Origin: Marine Group I thaumarchaeote
Lineage (GTDB): Archaea > Thermoproteota > Nitrososphaeria > Nitrososphaerales > Nitrosopumilaceae
Length of the DNA: 16,372 bases
Direction: 5' to 3'
NCBI GenBank assembly: GCA_044358425.1
Contig: CP054849.1
Location: 1 to 16,372, forward strand
A program made the translations under genes and the position numbers. Positions within the stretch are counted from its first letter, which is position 1, and each line of letters starts with the position of its first letter. Below the pieces are notes generated by a model. That model saw only the letters and a program-made list of their open reading frames with translations, ran no database searches and was not told the origin of the DNA. Shown piece by piece: positions 15,702 to 16,372 of the stretch.

Positions 15702-16372
15702 AAAAATTAGCATTATTTGCAATAATTGTTTTGATTTTTGGTACAATGTCTCCATCATTAGTTAATCATGCATATGGACAAAATGATCCAAGTATTCTTT
15801 TACGTATTGCTGTACAAGCAGAAAAACAAATTATAAATCAATTAGATAAAAAATATGAAAATCAAATACCAAATAATATCAATATTTTATATGATAAAGG
15901 ACATAGAGCAGTTAAATCATTAGATCAATCATTGTCAAATAATGATATTGAAAAAGCTAAACAAGACTTTCTTTTAGCAATGAATTCATTTATGCAAATT
16001 TCTAGAATTATGTCACAATCCTCAGAAAAAGTTGTAGTAACGATTTCAGAAAATTCTAATCAAAATTTACAATCTAAAATAGATAGAATAGAAAAATATG
16101 TAAAAACTTTAGAATCAATTTCTCAAAAAAATAATAAAATTGATCAAAAAAAAGACCAATTTAATAAAGATTATTCATTAATTAAAGAAATACGTTACCA
16201 AATCAATTCTAATGAAAATCCGTATGACAATATCAATGAATTAAATAATTTGATGAATTCTATTAAAAAGGAAATACGTAATTCTATAGCTGAAAAGCAA
16301 TCTAATTCTATCAAAAACTTTTTTGAGAAATTCCTTGCTCAAATTGATCAAAAATTAATGGAAGCAAAGGAT
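15698..16372 (+). CDS. Secreted alpha-helical hypothetical protein, truncated at the right edge (absent from the ORF track)
   Basis: TTG start overlaps the upstream TGA (TTGA); GGAGG at 15686-15690; MKKLALFAIIVLIFGTMSPSLVNHAYGQ signal peptide; frame open for 225 codons to the window end. Confidence 0.85.
   Translation, partial: MKKLALFAIIVLIFGTMSPSLVNHAYGQNDPSILLRIAVQAEKQIINQLDKKYENQIPNNINILYDKGHRAVKSLDQSLSNNDIEKAKQDFLLAMNSFMQISRIMSQSSEKVVVTISENSNQNLQSKIDRIEKYVKTLESISQKNNKIDQKKDQFNKDYSLIKEIRYQINSNENPYDNINELNNLMNSIKKEIRNSIAEKQSNSIKNFFEKFLAQIDQKLMEAKD

Noticed and set aside
1-16372. CRISPR array, IS element/transposase, rRNA or tRNA genes
   Set aside because: No regularly spaced repeats, transposase motifs, terminal inverted repeats or tRNA/rRNA signatures were seen

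Overview
AT-rich (about 28-30% GC by eye) archaeal chromosomal DNA, most likely from a marine ammonia-oxidising thaumarchaeote (Nitrosopumilaceae). This assignment rests on the CFI-box-CTERM surface protein, a CdvB/ESCRT-III paralog, an archaeal Hsp20-CDC48 pair and TATA-type promoters. Most of the window is housekeeping: NDH-2, an ACT-domain protein, hsp20-cdc48, Fluc/CrcB, a CPA1 antiporter, a hemerythrin-like protein, cysC, cysQ and an SDR. Four features stand out. (1) An unannotated GC-rich RNA of about 93 nt at 12393-12485 folds as a three-way junction, probably on the + strand. (2) A possible heat-shock/proteostasis module combines a perfect 11-2-11 operator palindrome over the hsp20-cdc48 TATA box, a divergent HTH-ACT regulator candidate, a CDC48 lacking the HbYX tail, and a small Zn-ligand protein ending in HbYX (FYQ). 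(3) A cluster of ESCRT-III, a coiled-coil protein, a wHTH, a membrane-anchored wHTH and a secreted protein carries a GC-rich tandem operator (GCGTTCCGCT x2) abutting a TATA box. (4) A 41-bp exact repeat is shared by the two CDC48 Walker A regions. All calls come from reading the sequence; no searches were run.
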